Positions 19,981-27,920 of a stretch of DNA of 32,000 nucleotides are shown one piece after another (positions within the stretch are counted from its first letter, which is position 1; every line of letters begins with the position of its first letter). Where the stretch lies: contig OX638337.1 of NCBI GenBank assembly GCA_951812855.1, positions 1,530,001-1,562,000 of the forward strand. The letters run 5' to 3'. The translations under genes were made by a program, and so were the position numbers. Source of the stretch: an uncultured Lentisphaeria bacterium. GTDB taxonomy: Bacteria; Verrucomicrobiota; Lentisphaeria; JABSQK01; JAJFLO01. Below the pieces are notes generated by a model. The model searched no databases, had not been told where the DNA came from, and saw only the letters and a list, made by a program, of their open reading frames with translations.

Positions 19981-20673
19981 CTATCCATTTTCAATATTTG
20001 TTAAGATGGTAAACATGATTTTGTTAATTGCGTCAAATTTGCCTGTATTGGCCAGCATCAATTCTTTAGATTGAATATAGGGTCTATCAACAAGTTCATC
20101 AGCACAGTTCTTAATAATCGTCGATGCACTTGTCGGAGTTGCCTCCAAATGAAATTGTAACGCTAAAACGTTTTTTTCATATAAAAATGCCTGATTTTCG
20201 CACGCTGAACTCTTCGCCAGATGAACCGCACCATCAGGTAAAGAAAATGTATCACCATGCCAGTGAAAGGCATCAAATTCCTCAGGGACTCCCCTAAGCA
20301 GAGGCAGCTTTTTCCCTTCGGAGGATAGTTGAAGTGGAAACCATCCAATTTCTTTGTGTTTATTTGGATAAACTCTTGCTCCGAGGACATCGGCGATTAT
20401 CTGTGCACCAAGACAAATTCCAATAACAGTTTTTCCAGCATCAATGGACTTTTCAACAAATTTTTTTTCGTCAATGAGCCATGGATAGTCTTCGTCATCA
20501 TAAATACCCATGGGCCCTCCCATTACAATGAGCCAGTTGAATTCGTCAATTTCTACTGGTTTGTGAGGTTCATAAAGAAGGGTTTTAGATAATAAATAAT
20601 TTTTATCGGTTATCCATTGGTCGATGACACCCAAACCCTCAAACTCGACATGCTGAATACACTGTATTTTCAT
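19981..20673 (-). CDS. Class-I glutamine amidotransferase-like protein (GMP-synthase-type GATase1 domain only)
   Basis: 230 aa. WLIVMGGPMGIYDD..YPWL and the nucleophile elbow GICLGAQIIADVLG, with a later HWHGD His. Confidence 0.8.
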   Translation of the reverse strand: MKIQCIQHVEFEGLGVIDQWITDKNYLLSKTLLYEPHKPVEIDEFNWLIVMGGPMGIYDDEDYPWLIDEKKFVEKSIDAGKTVIGICLGAQIIADVLGARVYPNKHKEIGWFPLQLSSEGKKLPLLRGVPEEFDAFHWHGDTFSLPDGAVHLAKSSACENQAFLYEKNVLALQFHLEATPTSASTIIKNCADELVDRPYIQSKELMLANTGKFDAINKIMFTILTNIENG

Positions 20674-21100
20674 AGAGACTACCTAGATTTGATGTGAACT
20701 CTTCGTCATTTTATCATGTCTATATTGACATAGGTATCACTGGTTTTGTTATAAAAAAATAGTAAAACTGACTTAATCGGACAAAGAATCAGAATATCTC
20801 AATAAGAAATTATTCCACTCCAACAGTCTGCCTTATTTTGAATTGGATTTTGAAACTTCCAATTGTATCTCATAGAAAAATGAACTAATTTTAAGTTGAT
20901 ATCATTTGGTTAAGTACGGTCTCCTTATTTTTGATCTGAACAGACCATAAAGTCAGGTCGATATATATATATATACCGAATTGATTTAGGTTTTGAAACA
21001 TGATTTCTCATATATGATAACCGGTTATAAATCGGAAACATAAAATTATATGAATAGAATTTTCATAATAGCAGAAGCAGGAGTTAATCAGAATAGATTT

Positions 21101-23311
21101 ATGAAAACTCTTTTCCTTTACTTCGTTTTTCGCCTGAGAATGCTTATCGCAGCCTTACTTCTTATGACAGGGCCACTGGTTTCTCAGGGGAAATCTGTCA
21201 AGGTAAATCATGTGGACGTTGAATTAGTTTCCGAAGGATTGTCGATTCAACCGGGGTATTCAATCAATGTCGGAATCCGTATGCAGATGGACGAACATTG
21301 GCATACTTACTGGATTAACCCTGGAGGAGAAGTTGGAATTCCCACAAAAATTTCATGGAATATGCCAAAAGGATTTGTCGCAGGGGAAATTCAATGGCCG
21401 TACCCGGAAAAGTTCGTTGATGCATTATTAGAGGATGAGCCGCCATTAATTAGTTATGGTTACCAAGGAGAAGTCTTACTTCGTACATCCATTGATGTAC
21501 CGGCCGATATCGCGGATTATTCAGAGGTACAGTTGAGTGCAACAGTCAGTTGGTTAGCATGTAAAACGATGTGCATTCCGGGATCCGCAGAGGTTCATCT
21601 TACCCTCCCGGTTACAAATCAAATTCCAAAGATTAATGAGCAATGGACGGGATTGTTTTCTCAAAGTGTTGAACGGATACCATTGAATCATTCTGAGTGG
21701 AATATAGAAGGAGTTTTGTCTGGTACCGATAAACTGACATTATTACTTGCTCCCCCCGAAGATATTAGTTCTTATAATGTCTCTGACATTTTTTTTATCC
21801 CGTTAAAATCGCAGAGTATAGTTGATCATTTACCACAGTCTTTAGTTCATAAGGAGGGTATTTATTCGTTAACAATTTCTATAAATCCAGAGAATGTTAA
21901 AATAAATGATTATATTGATGGAATATTGATTTCAAGAGAAGGCTGGCGTGGTCCTGATTCTGAAAAAGCATTACACATTAAAGTGCCAATCCTGGTATCT
22001 TCTACGTTCGATAAATCAACAGAAATAACAAATTTCGATTCTTATTCACCACCACGCGGAGTAACTCTGAGTTTGACGCCGGCTCTTATCTCGGCATTTA
22101 TAGGTGGCTTTATTTTAAATTTGATGCCATGTGTTTTGCCAGTGCTCTCATTAAAAGTACTGAGTCTCATCAAGAAAGCCGGTGAAGATAAATCCAGAAT
22201 TTGGAAACATGGTATTGTTTTTACGGGTGGTGTTCTGATTTCATTTTGGTTTATTGCCGGCATCATGATGGTTTTACGAATGGCTGGTCAGACCGTGGGG
22301 TGGGGTTATCAACTTCAATCACCGGCGTTCTTAGTTATTTTAATCTTATTTCTTTTCTTAATGAGTTTAAATCTGTTCGGGGTGTTTGAAATTGGTACAC
22401 GTTTGATTGGGCTTGGATCAAAGGCAGCACATCGATCAGGGTATATAGGGTCATTTTCAACAGGTGTCGTCGCAGTCATCGTTGCGACACCATGTATGGC
22501 ACCATTTATGGGAAGTGCAATTGCCTATGCAATTATTCAACCGCCAATTGTTGCCGCATTAGTTTTTACGTTTTTAGGTCTTGGCCTTGCTGCCCCATAT
22601 CTATTATTATCCTGTTTTCCTTCTCTATTGAAATTTGTCCCGAAGCCCGGTGCATGGATGGAATCATTCAAACAACTTATGGGGTTTCCGTTAATGGGAA
22701 CTGTTGTTTGGCTGTTATGGGTATTAGGTCGACGAAGTAACATAGATATCGTTGGCCATGTAATGGTATCGTTAGTCATCATGGGTTTAGCTGCCTGGAT
22801 ATTGGGTCGATGGGGAACGCCTGAGCGTTCAATGAATACTAAACGAAGAGCTTATTTGGTGTTTATTGTTTTAGTAAGTCTTGGTATATATTATGATTTG
22901 AAAATTATCAATTCAACATTGAATGATCGTGAACGTAATGCGTTAAAAATTGGTTCACGAGATCATGGACCATACTGGCAGCCCTTCACGGGAAAAAAAC
23001 TGAATCGTTTAAGAGCAGAAGGAAAACCTGTTTTTATCAATTTCACTGCCGATTGGTGCCTGACCTGTAAGGTAAATGAAAAAATAGCGTTAAATAAACC
23101 GGTACTCGATCAATTTATTGCAAATGGTGTTACGTTATTAAAAGCAGATTTTACCAGTCACAGCCCTGAAATCGCTAATACACTGGCAGGTTATGGTCGA
23201 ACTGGGGTGCCGTTATACGTCTTTTATGGCCAGGGAGTTGACAAGAAACCGCAGCTATTACCTCAGCTTTTAACAAAACGGATGGTTTTAGCTGTGTTAG
23301 AAACGAATTAA
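21101..23311 (+). CDS. DsbD/ScsB-family thiol:disulfide interchange (protein-disulfide reductase) membrane protein
   Basis: N-terminal periplasmic DsbD_N-like domain (HWHTYWINPG...LACKTMCIP), a central DsbD transmembrane core (LNLMPCVLPVLSLK ... ATPCMAPFMG) and a C-terminal thioredoxin fold (FTADWCLTCK). The track ORF starts at 21050, but the signal-peptide-like start MKTLFLYFVF is at 21101. Confidence 0.85.
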   Translation: MKTLFLYFVFRLRMLIAALLLMTGPLVSQGKSVKVNHVDVELVSEGLSIQPGYSINVGIRMQMDEHWHTYWINPGGEVGIPTKISWNMPKGFVAGEIQWPYPEKFVDALLEDEPPLISYGYQGEVLLRTSIDVPADIADYSEVQLSATVSWLACKTMCIPGSAEVHLTLPVTNQIPKINEQWTGLFSQSVERIPLNHSEWNIEGVLSGTDKLTLLLAPPEDISSYNVSDIFFIPLKSQSIVDHLPQSLVHKEGIYSLTISINPENVKINDYIDGILISREGWRGPDSEKALHIKVPILVSSTFDKSTEITNFDSYSPPRGVTLSLTPALISAFIGGFILNLMPCVLPVLSLKVLSLIKKAGEDKSRIWKHGIVFTGGVLISFWFIAGIMMVLRMAGQTVGWGYQLQSPAFLVILILFLFLMSLNLFGVFEIGTRLIGLGSKAAHRSGYIGSFSTGVVAVIVATPCMAPFMGSAIAYAIIQPPIVAALVFTFLGLGLAAPYLLLSCFPSLLKFVPKPGAWMESFKQLMGFPLMGTVVWLLWVLGRRSNIDIVGHVMVSLVIMGLAAWILGRWGTPERSMNTKRRAYLVFIVLVSLGIYYDLKIINSTLNDRERNALKIGSRDHGPYWQPFTGKKLNRLRAEGKPVFINFTADWCLTCKVNEKIALNKPVLDQFIANGVTLLKADFTSHSPEIANTLAGYGRTGVPLYVFYGQGVDKKPQLLPQLLTKRMVLAVLETN

Positions 23312-23323
23312 GAAAGAAGACCA

Positions 23324-23956
23324 ATGAGTTCTATTTCAAATCGAACAGGTATTGTATTTGTAATTTCTGGTCCGAGTGGAACTGGAAAGTCTTCGATTTG
23401 TCATCGCGTATTGGAAGTCGATCCGTTATTGCATTTTTCTGTGTCATGCACCACAAGACAACCTCGAAAAAATGAAATTGATGGTAAAGACTACTTTTTC
23501 ATGTCAAAAAAATTGTTTCAAGAGCACATATCCAATGACCATTTTTTAGAATACGCCGAAGTTCACGGGAATTTTTATGGGACGCTGGATTCGGAAATTG
23601 ACCGAATAACCAATAACGGGGAAGATATTTTGTTGGATATTGATATTCGGGGAGTAAAAAATATCCAGAAGAAATATAAATCCTTATCCAAACCGATAAA
23701 CTGTCACTACATATTCGTTGGCCCACCGTCATTTTCAGAACTGGAAGACCGATTAAGATCCAGAGGAACCGAGTCGGAAGATGTTATTGTTCAGCGAATG
23801 AACACCGCAAAAACAGAGTTAACTCACTGGCGAAATTTTGATTCGATTATAGTTAACTCAAACCTTGATGATTCCATCAATAATTTGAAAATGATCATTC
23901 AAGCCCAGCGGTTAAGCAGAAATGTTCTCCTGACAGACCCGTGGGAAATTAATTAA
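23324..23956 (+). CDS. gmk: Guanylate kinase
   Basis: 210 aa. P-loop ISGPSGTGKSS, then SCTTRQPRKNEIDGKDYFF and EYAEVHGNFYGT. Confidence 0.92.
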   Translation: MSSISNRTGIVFVISGPSGTGKSSICHRVLEVDPLLHFSVSCTTRQPRKNEIDGKDYFFMSKKLFQEHISNDHFLEYAEVHGNFYGTLDSEIDRITNNGEDILLDIDIRGVKNIQKKYKSLSKPINCHYIFVGPPSFSELEDRLRSRGTESEDVIVQRMNTAKTELTHWRNFDSIIVNSNLDDSINNLKMIIQAQRLSRNVLLTDPWEIN

Positions 23957-24260
23957 GTTGGAAATAGTCATTTGACAATTCTGCAATTAAGTCCGGGTTC
24001 GATGCTTTTTTAAGCAATAAATGTCATCCCGCACCCGAGAATTAACAGGATTATGATCTCGCCGATAACCCAGGATTTCCTTTTGATTTTTAAGAACATC
24101 AGGAACAAATAATTTAGAGCCAATCGCAACACCTTTGGTGGCAAATCTAACCCGGAGCATCATTCGATTTGACCATTGGAGCTTAAATCCAACAAGAAAA
24201 CACTCAGGGAAAAGTTGATATTTTTTATTTTCCCGATTTAATTGTGGTTAATTTAGTGTC

Positions 24261-24817
24261 TTCTCAAAGGGGTGTCTACTATTTTTTGCTGTATAATTCA
24301 ATCTCTTTTTTTAATTTTTTAATTCTTTTAGTATTCTCTCTCTTTTTGTCCGTAAAGCATCCCAGTCTACTTCCCAAACAGTGCCATCAGAGAAACGAGC
24401 CTTCACTATACCAGCAATGCCTGTGGCAAATTTTAAGCCTCCGTCTGCAGTGTCTAACCATACTTCATATCCATTTCCATCTGGCGGGATATCTTCAATG
24501 GAAAATCCATTTATGCCATTAATATGTTCATTCCATATATCATAACTAACAAAACCGATTGCTAACGCTACAATGGTTTTTTCACTTGTATTTTTATATT
24601 CAGCGTAATGTATAATTCCTTCTTTTATGAAAAGGTCGCCTTCTTGATAAGCAGCTGTATATGATGTAATTTTTAAAGGTGCCCGGCTTTGTTCAATTAT
24701 TTTTGTAACCGGTTCGATTGCCCATGCATAGGATGCCGTCATTATGGCAATTAACAGAACAGCGATATTTGTTTTCATAATTTCTCCTTATTTGTTGTTT
24801 GTTGGATTTAAGCGATT
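24261..24817 (-). repeat. Direct repeat copy A (cassette carrying the 155-aa secreted protein)
   Basis: Aligns with 27921..28490 at an offset of 3660 nt. 24264..24335 is a 72-nt block identical to 27924..27995 (47 nt non-coding plus the last codons). The signal-peptide end is also near-identical, while the middle is diverged. Confidence 0.9.
24311..24778 (-). CDS. Secreted 155-aa protein of unknown function, paralog 1
   Basis: Sec-type signal peptide MKTNIAVLLIAIMTASYAWA|IEP and AAGGAG upstream of the ATG. 125/155 residues are identical to 27971..28438 by hand alignment. Confidence 0.8.
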   Translation of the reverse strand: MKTNIAVLLIAIMTASYAWAIEPVTKIIEQSRAPLKITSYTAAYQEGDLFIKEGIIHYAEYKNTSEKTIVALAIGFVSYDIWNEHINGINGFSIEDIPPDGNGYEVWLDTADGGLKFATGIAGIVKARFSDGTVWEVDWDALRTKRERILKELKN

Positions 24818-24891
24818 GTGATTTTTAAATTCAAAAAAATCTTCGGGTGTACCAGAGTCAGCCAGGAACAGTACCGTTTGGTAATTTTTTA

Positions 24892-25659
24892 TCATGCCGC
24901 TAAATCTTCCCTTATATCTTCTCGTTCAGACCATTTAACCGGCTTGAGATTATAGTTTTTCAAAGCGGATATAGTCGATTCTGAAACGCCTGTATCCGTA
25001 TCATTTAAAACGGCATAAAGTTGTGTGTCCGGCTCTCTTGTCTCTCGTGTATCCAGCCATTTGAACATTAAATTTTCGGCAGTGTTTTTTTGGGGACTGT
25101 TAATTGCCTGCACAATACGTTCGGGTTGTTGACGTGATTTTGGAATAATAAAATCAAATAAATGGTCGTATCCGCTTTTGCCAGTAAATTTAATCTTTGG
25201 CGTATAACGAATCTCCACCGAACCCAGCCACTGTGTGACATCTTCATAGAATAAGCTGGCGACATGCGGTGAGGCCAGATAAAACAAATCATTGATTGCA
25301 AGCATGGCCTGGACAAGATTATGTTTTTTCAGAGAGAAATTTTCTGATGTCGCCTTGACCAATAATTGATTGTTGTCCAGTTCCACACCAAATCTGGTCA
25401 AAGTAGTTTTCAGTATTGCCTGGCGTTTTTTGCTTTCTGGAAAACAGCCGGAAAGCCTTAAATCGTTGATGATGTACCCGTCATCTGTCAACAGGTATCC
25501 ACCATTTTCCTTGCACACATAAAATTGCAAACAATCATTATGACGATCAAGGTGTGGGGTGGTTACCTGCACACAGTCGCTGCCAATCCGGCGTAGCACT
25601 GTTTTATCTTTCAGCCAGACGATATAGCGATCAAGCAATGTTTGGATGTCGTCTATCAT
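24892..25659 (-). CDS. DUF1828 (N-terminal) + DUF1829 (C-terminal)-type protein, function unknown
   Basis: 255 aa. [16 protein letters not shown]...[12 protein letters not shown] and [18 protein letters not shown]...LNDTD match my memory of the DUF1828/DUF1829 architecture. Its start overlaps the stop of the upstream ORF by 4 nt. Confidence 0.65.
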   Translation of the reverse strand: MIDDIQTLLDRYIVWLKDKTVLRRIGSDCVQVTTPHLDRHNDCLQFYVCKENGGYLLTDDGYIINDLRLSGCFPESKKRQAILKTTLTRFGVELDNNQLLVKATSENFSLKKHNLVQAMLAINDLFYLASPHVASLFYEDVTQWLGSVEIRYTPKIKFTGKSGYDHLFDFIIPKSRQQPERIVQAINSPQKNTAENLMFKWLDTRETREPDTQLYAVLNDTDTGVSESTISALKNYNLKPVKWSEREDIREDLAA

Positions 25660-26099
25660 GCGAATAGCCCCCCATCAATAACAGGTTTTTTAACAATAGC
25701 ACAATAATTCATAAAGGCATCAAGCAAGCCTAAAATATCGCTATCGCTGATTCCCGCAAGTTCGCTCGGCAATGGACATGCCCACTTATCACCAAGGCCT
25801 TCCCGATATAAATGGAGATGAGGACATTCAAGCTCTTCGCCATCAGGATTGCGGTGGGGTGGTCCTGCCAAATCCAGACGCACCAGAATGATTGTTTGTC
25901 GTGCTCTGGTCTGAAAAGTATTTTTCTTAAGTGAAATCCGACCCCTGGTAATATCAAGAGAAAATTCTTCCCTTTTATCAAGTGAATGTAATGGCAGGCG
26001 TAATGAGCCTCCCAGGCTGGGAAAATCAAAGCGACCTGTCGAACCAAAATAGTGCTTTTCCATGGCTAACAGGGCATCGGCTTTATGTTGGGTTAACAA
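25656..26099 (-). CDS. Small conserved-looking hypothetical protein (147 aa), partner of the DUF1828/1829 gene
   Basis: ORF with TTG start (AGGAGAG about 12 nt upstream) or internal ATG. Distinctive motif [31 protein letters not shown]-type overlap with the downstream gene. No family assigned with confidence. Confidence 0.6.
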   Translation of the reverse strand: MLTQHKADALLAMEKHYFGSTGRFDFPSLGGSLRLPLHSLDKREEFSLDITRGRISLKKNTFQTRARQTIILVRLDLAGPPHRNPDGEELECPHLHLYREGLGDKWACPLPSELAGISDSDILGLLDAFMNYCAIVKKPVIDGGLFA

Positions 26100-26153
26100 T
26101 ATTACTTGCTACTCTCCTTTCCTGGTAAGGCTTAAACAGTGCTAATCCAGAAA

Positions 26154-26206
26154 TCTCGCGGCCTTGGACACCACGGGTTTTTGCCTAATCATACCAGGCC
26201 GCGAGA
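26154..26206. other. Strong GC-rich hairpin in the 300-nt non-coding leader of the DUF pair
   Basis: tctcgcggccttgg (26154-26167) pairs with ccaggccgcgaga (26194-26206): 13 bp with one bulged T and a 26-nt loop. Confidence 0.6.
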
Positions 26207-26408
26207 CCAGCAATATCGCACTCCTGTGCCCGTTTGGTTAATAAAGGTCTTAAGCTATCAAGCAGGACTTTTTCTTTCTGGCCTTTTGCTTTCCAGCCAA
26301 GCTATCCGCTAATCAGGCCTTAAAATAAGTGGTTTTAATGGATGCTATCGCAAATAAAACGCTTTTCTACTCTCATTAATGATTTTTGATGTCAGAGTTT
26401 ATCCGCTA

Positions 26409-26468
26409 TTTTAACGACCGAACTCAGCGGCTGCCGTCAGGCAATTCCGCTGGAGTGCCTTGTTAGGA
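26409..26468 (-). other. attC-like recombination site candidate 1 (60 bp)
   Basis: Minus strand: TCCTAAC-AAGGCA-CTCCAGCGG-(16 nt)-CCGCTGAG-TTCGGTC-GTTAAAA. This gives an inverse-core ..YTAAC, an imperfect inner palindrome with one extra base, and a core GTTRRR. The RDD stop codon TAA lies inside the TAAC. Confidence 0.55.
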
Positions 26469-26912
26469 ATTTTCTGACTTTATAACATAAGTGCCTGCCA
26501 TTATATCGTGAAGCCCTTGCTTCTTTTTTGTCCATCCGACCATCATACACCCGATACCGAGAATTAACCCCGAAAGGAGCAGAGCGAAATATCGCCCAGT
26601 AGCTCTGCCAAATGAAATGCGATTTCCTTTCTCATTAACAACCTTCAATCCAACCGCCTTTTTTCCTACAGATGCCTGCCATTTTGAAGAATGTAAGACT
26701 GCAAGATATACCCACCAAACAATCAGGGAGTGCATAGACTCTACGATTACTTGCTCTATTTCATCAGTTGCGGGGGTCACAGAACGAGATAGAAATGAAA
26801 TAAGCAAAACTGGGATAATCAGAACTACTGAATCAATAAAGCAAGCTCCAACTCGTATCCAGAAGCCCCCAAACTGGATTGCTTCGTTAATTTCATGAGT
26901 TGGTTGATTCAT
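26463..26912 (-). CDS. RDD-family membrane protein
   Basis: 149 aa. GGFWIRVGACFIDSVVL, SVGKKAVGLKVVNEKGNRISFGRATGRYF and KKQGLHDIMAGTYVI are the RDD-family signature with three TM spans. Confidence 0.8.
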   Translation of the reverse strand: MNQPTHEINEAIQFGGFWIRVGACFIDSVVLIIPVLLISFLSRSVTPATDEIEQVIVESMHSLIVWWVYLAVLHSSKWQASVGKKAVGLKVVNEKGNRISFGRATGRYFALLLSGLILGIGCMMVGWTKKKQGLHDIMAGTYVIKSENS

Positions 26913-26932
26913 TGTTGCTCCTTATAGTTTGA

Positions 26933-27060
26933 TACCTAATGCCAAGCTCAGCGGCAGCTAACCTCCCAGAAACTCCATAGAAACGGCCAAGTTTGAATTC
27001 TACAATAAATTCAAAAAAACTAACGGGTCAGCCATCCGCTGAAGTGCTTTGTTAGAAGGT
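26933..27060 (-). other. attC-like recombination site candidate 2 (128 bp)
   Basis: Minus strand: ACCTTCTAAC-AAAGCA-CTTCAGCGG-(~85 nt)-CCGCTGAG-CTTGGCA-TTAGGTA. It has the same conserved arms as site 1 with a longer variable centre, and starts 5 nt after the TIR-like gene stop. Confidence 0.55.
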
Positions 27061-27065
27061 TTATA

Positions 27066-27464
27066 TTATACATCATTCACTGCTTTTTTAATGGAGTCTT
27101 CAGCAAATGACATAGCCCAAGAAGTATCAACGCCATATAAATTGTCAGGTGTTGTATTTGTGCTACTCGTTTTTACAGTCACGATTTTTTTATTTAATTC
27201 AACTGCCTTATCGATTTCCCATTCTACCCAATCGCTTTTATGAGTTTTTTCTCCAACAATGCAGAGAAAGTAAGTTGCATTATTAATTTTGGCAGATATT
27301 GCTCGTTTAATTACTGTCGCGTTGGTACTTTTGATGGATACATCTGCAGAATGGTCATGAAAACTAAAATCAAATGTTCCGTTCGCATCCCATGCCTTCA
27401 ATAAATTTTTGTAGTGTTTGTCGTTATTGTAATCATAACTTATAAATATCTTTTTCTTAGCCAT
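27066..27464 (-). CDS. TIR-like protein (MTH538/DUF1863, ThsB-like)
   Basis: 132 aa. KKIFISYDYNND...YFLCIVGEKTHKSDWVEWEIDKAVELNKKIV matches the MTH538 TIR-like pattern (FISY..D, vliG..T..S.WV.WEI) including the conserved Glu. The start is 2 nt after the SLATT-like stop. Confidence 0.7.
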   Translation of the reverse strand: MAKKKIFISYDYNNDKHYKNLLKAWDANGTFDFSFHDHSADVSIKSTNATVIKRAISAKINNATYFLCIVGEKTHKSDWVEWEIDKAVELNKKIVTVKTSSTNTTPDNLYGVDTSWAMSFAEDSIKKAVNDV

Positions 27465-27466
27465 TT

Positions 27467-27886
27467 TTATTTATCCTTTATTTGTTTAATATAAATATTC
27501 CAATTGGAATTTTCCTTTGAAATTAAAGCCTCTGTAGTAGCAACAAGCATTTTAAAAGAATCTTCGCCATCATACGGCCTGGACTCAGTTTGGTATAAAT
27601 ATTTATGATGTTTAAGGCTTTCTGATGTGGTTCTATATTGTATCCATATCTCTTGAAATTTGTTTATTGATATTATTCCAGCAACAATCGCAATACAAAT
27701 ACCTAGTAGAGCAACGATAATTTGGTTCGTTTCAGAAGCATAACAAGCCAAAAAAGGAATTGTTGCAGCTGCTGATATTTCAAAAATACGCAGAGACTTA
27801 AACCAAAGTTGGGCACGGTTGCTTTTTTTGCTATACCAATCAATTTGGTCATCTATTCTCTGTTTAATGTATTCTTCCTGCTCCAT
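27467..27886 (-). CDS. DUF4231/SLATT-family two-transmembrane protein
   Basis: 139 aa. N-terminal helix with DWYSKKS, two hydrophobic spans (ISAAATIPFLACYA; IVALLGICIAIVAGIISI), then WIQYRTTSESLKHHKYLY. This topology and motif order is typical of DUF4231/SLATT. Confidence 0.65.
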   Translation of the reverse strand: MEQEEYIKQRIDDQIDWYSKKSNRAQLWFKSLRIFEISAAATIPFLACYASETNQIIVALLGICIAIVAGIISINKFQEIWIQYRTTSESLKHHKYLYQTESRPYDGEDSFKMLVATTEALISKENSNWNIYIKQIKDK

Positions 27887-27903
27887 TTTTTTTCTTACTA
27901 TTG

Positions 27904-27912
27904 CCTTCTAAC
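27904..27912 (-). other. Cassette-start core GTTAGAAGG (inverted copy of the R''-like end of attC-like site 2)
   Basis: The plus strand reads ccttctaac here and gttagaagg at 27051-27059, so a perfect 9-nt inverted repeat brackets the SLATT/TIR pair. Confidence 0.6.
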
Positions 27913-27920
27913 ATTTAATA

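Noticed and set aside
20961-20975. An (AT) dinucleotide run of 15 nt, about 125 nt upstream of the DsbD-family gene. This could be a phase-variation tract.
   Set aside because: It is short, lies in an AT-rich intergenic region, and is not positioned between recognisable -35/-10 elements. There is no evidence of length variation from a single sequence.
21050-21100. An N-terminal 17-aa extension (MNRIFIIAEAGVNQNRF) of the DsbD-family ORF.
   Set aside because: The signal-peptide-like sequence begins at the second Met (21101). The extension is probably just upstream open frame.
23990-24165. A 58-codon minus-strand ORF, MMLRVRFATKGVAIGSKLFVPDVLKNQKEILGYRRDHNPVNSRVRDDIYCLKKHRTRT. It loosely resembles the C-terminal LRHxFAT...ELLGH...IY box of tyrosine recombinases, which would be attractive next to a cassette array.
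   Set aside because: The spacing between the putative Arg, His and Tyr positions is several residues too long. The His is replaced by Tyr and there is no upstream recombinase sequence. The location, at the distal end of the array, is also not where an integron integrase is expected. It is most likely coincidence or an unrecognisable remnant.
24817-24891. A possible third attC-like site after the DUF1829-type gene. It shares GGCTGAC with the loops of the other two sites and contains two GTACC blocks.
   Set aside because: On checking, the GTACC blocks are in direct rather than inverted orientation and the flanks do not pair. There is no ..TAAC/GTTR.. pair, and no complement to the cassette-start sequence TTAAAATAGCGG. 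It is not supportable as an attC from sequence alone.
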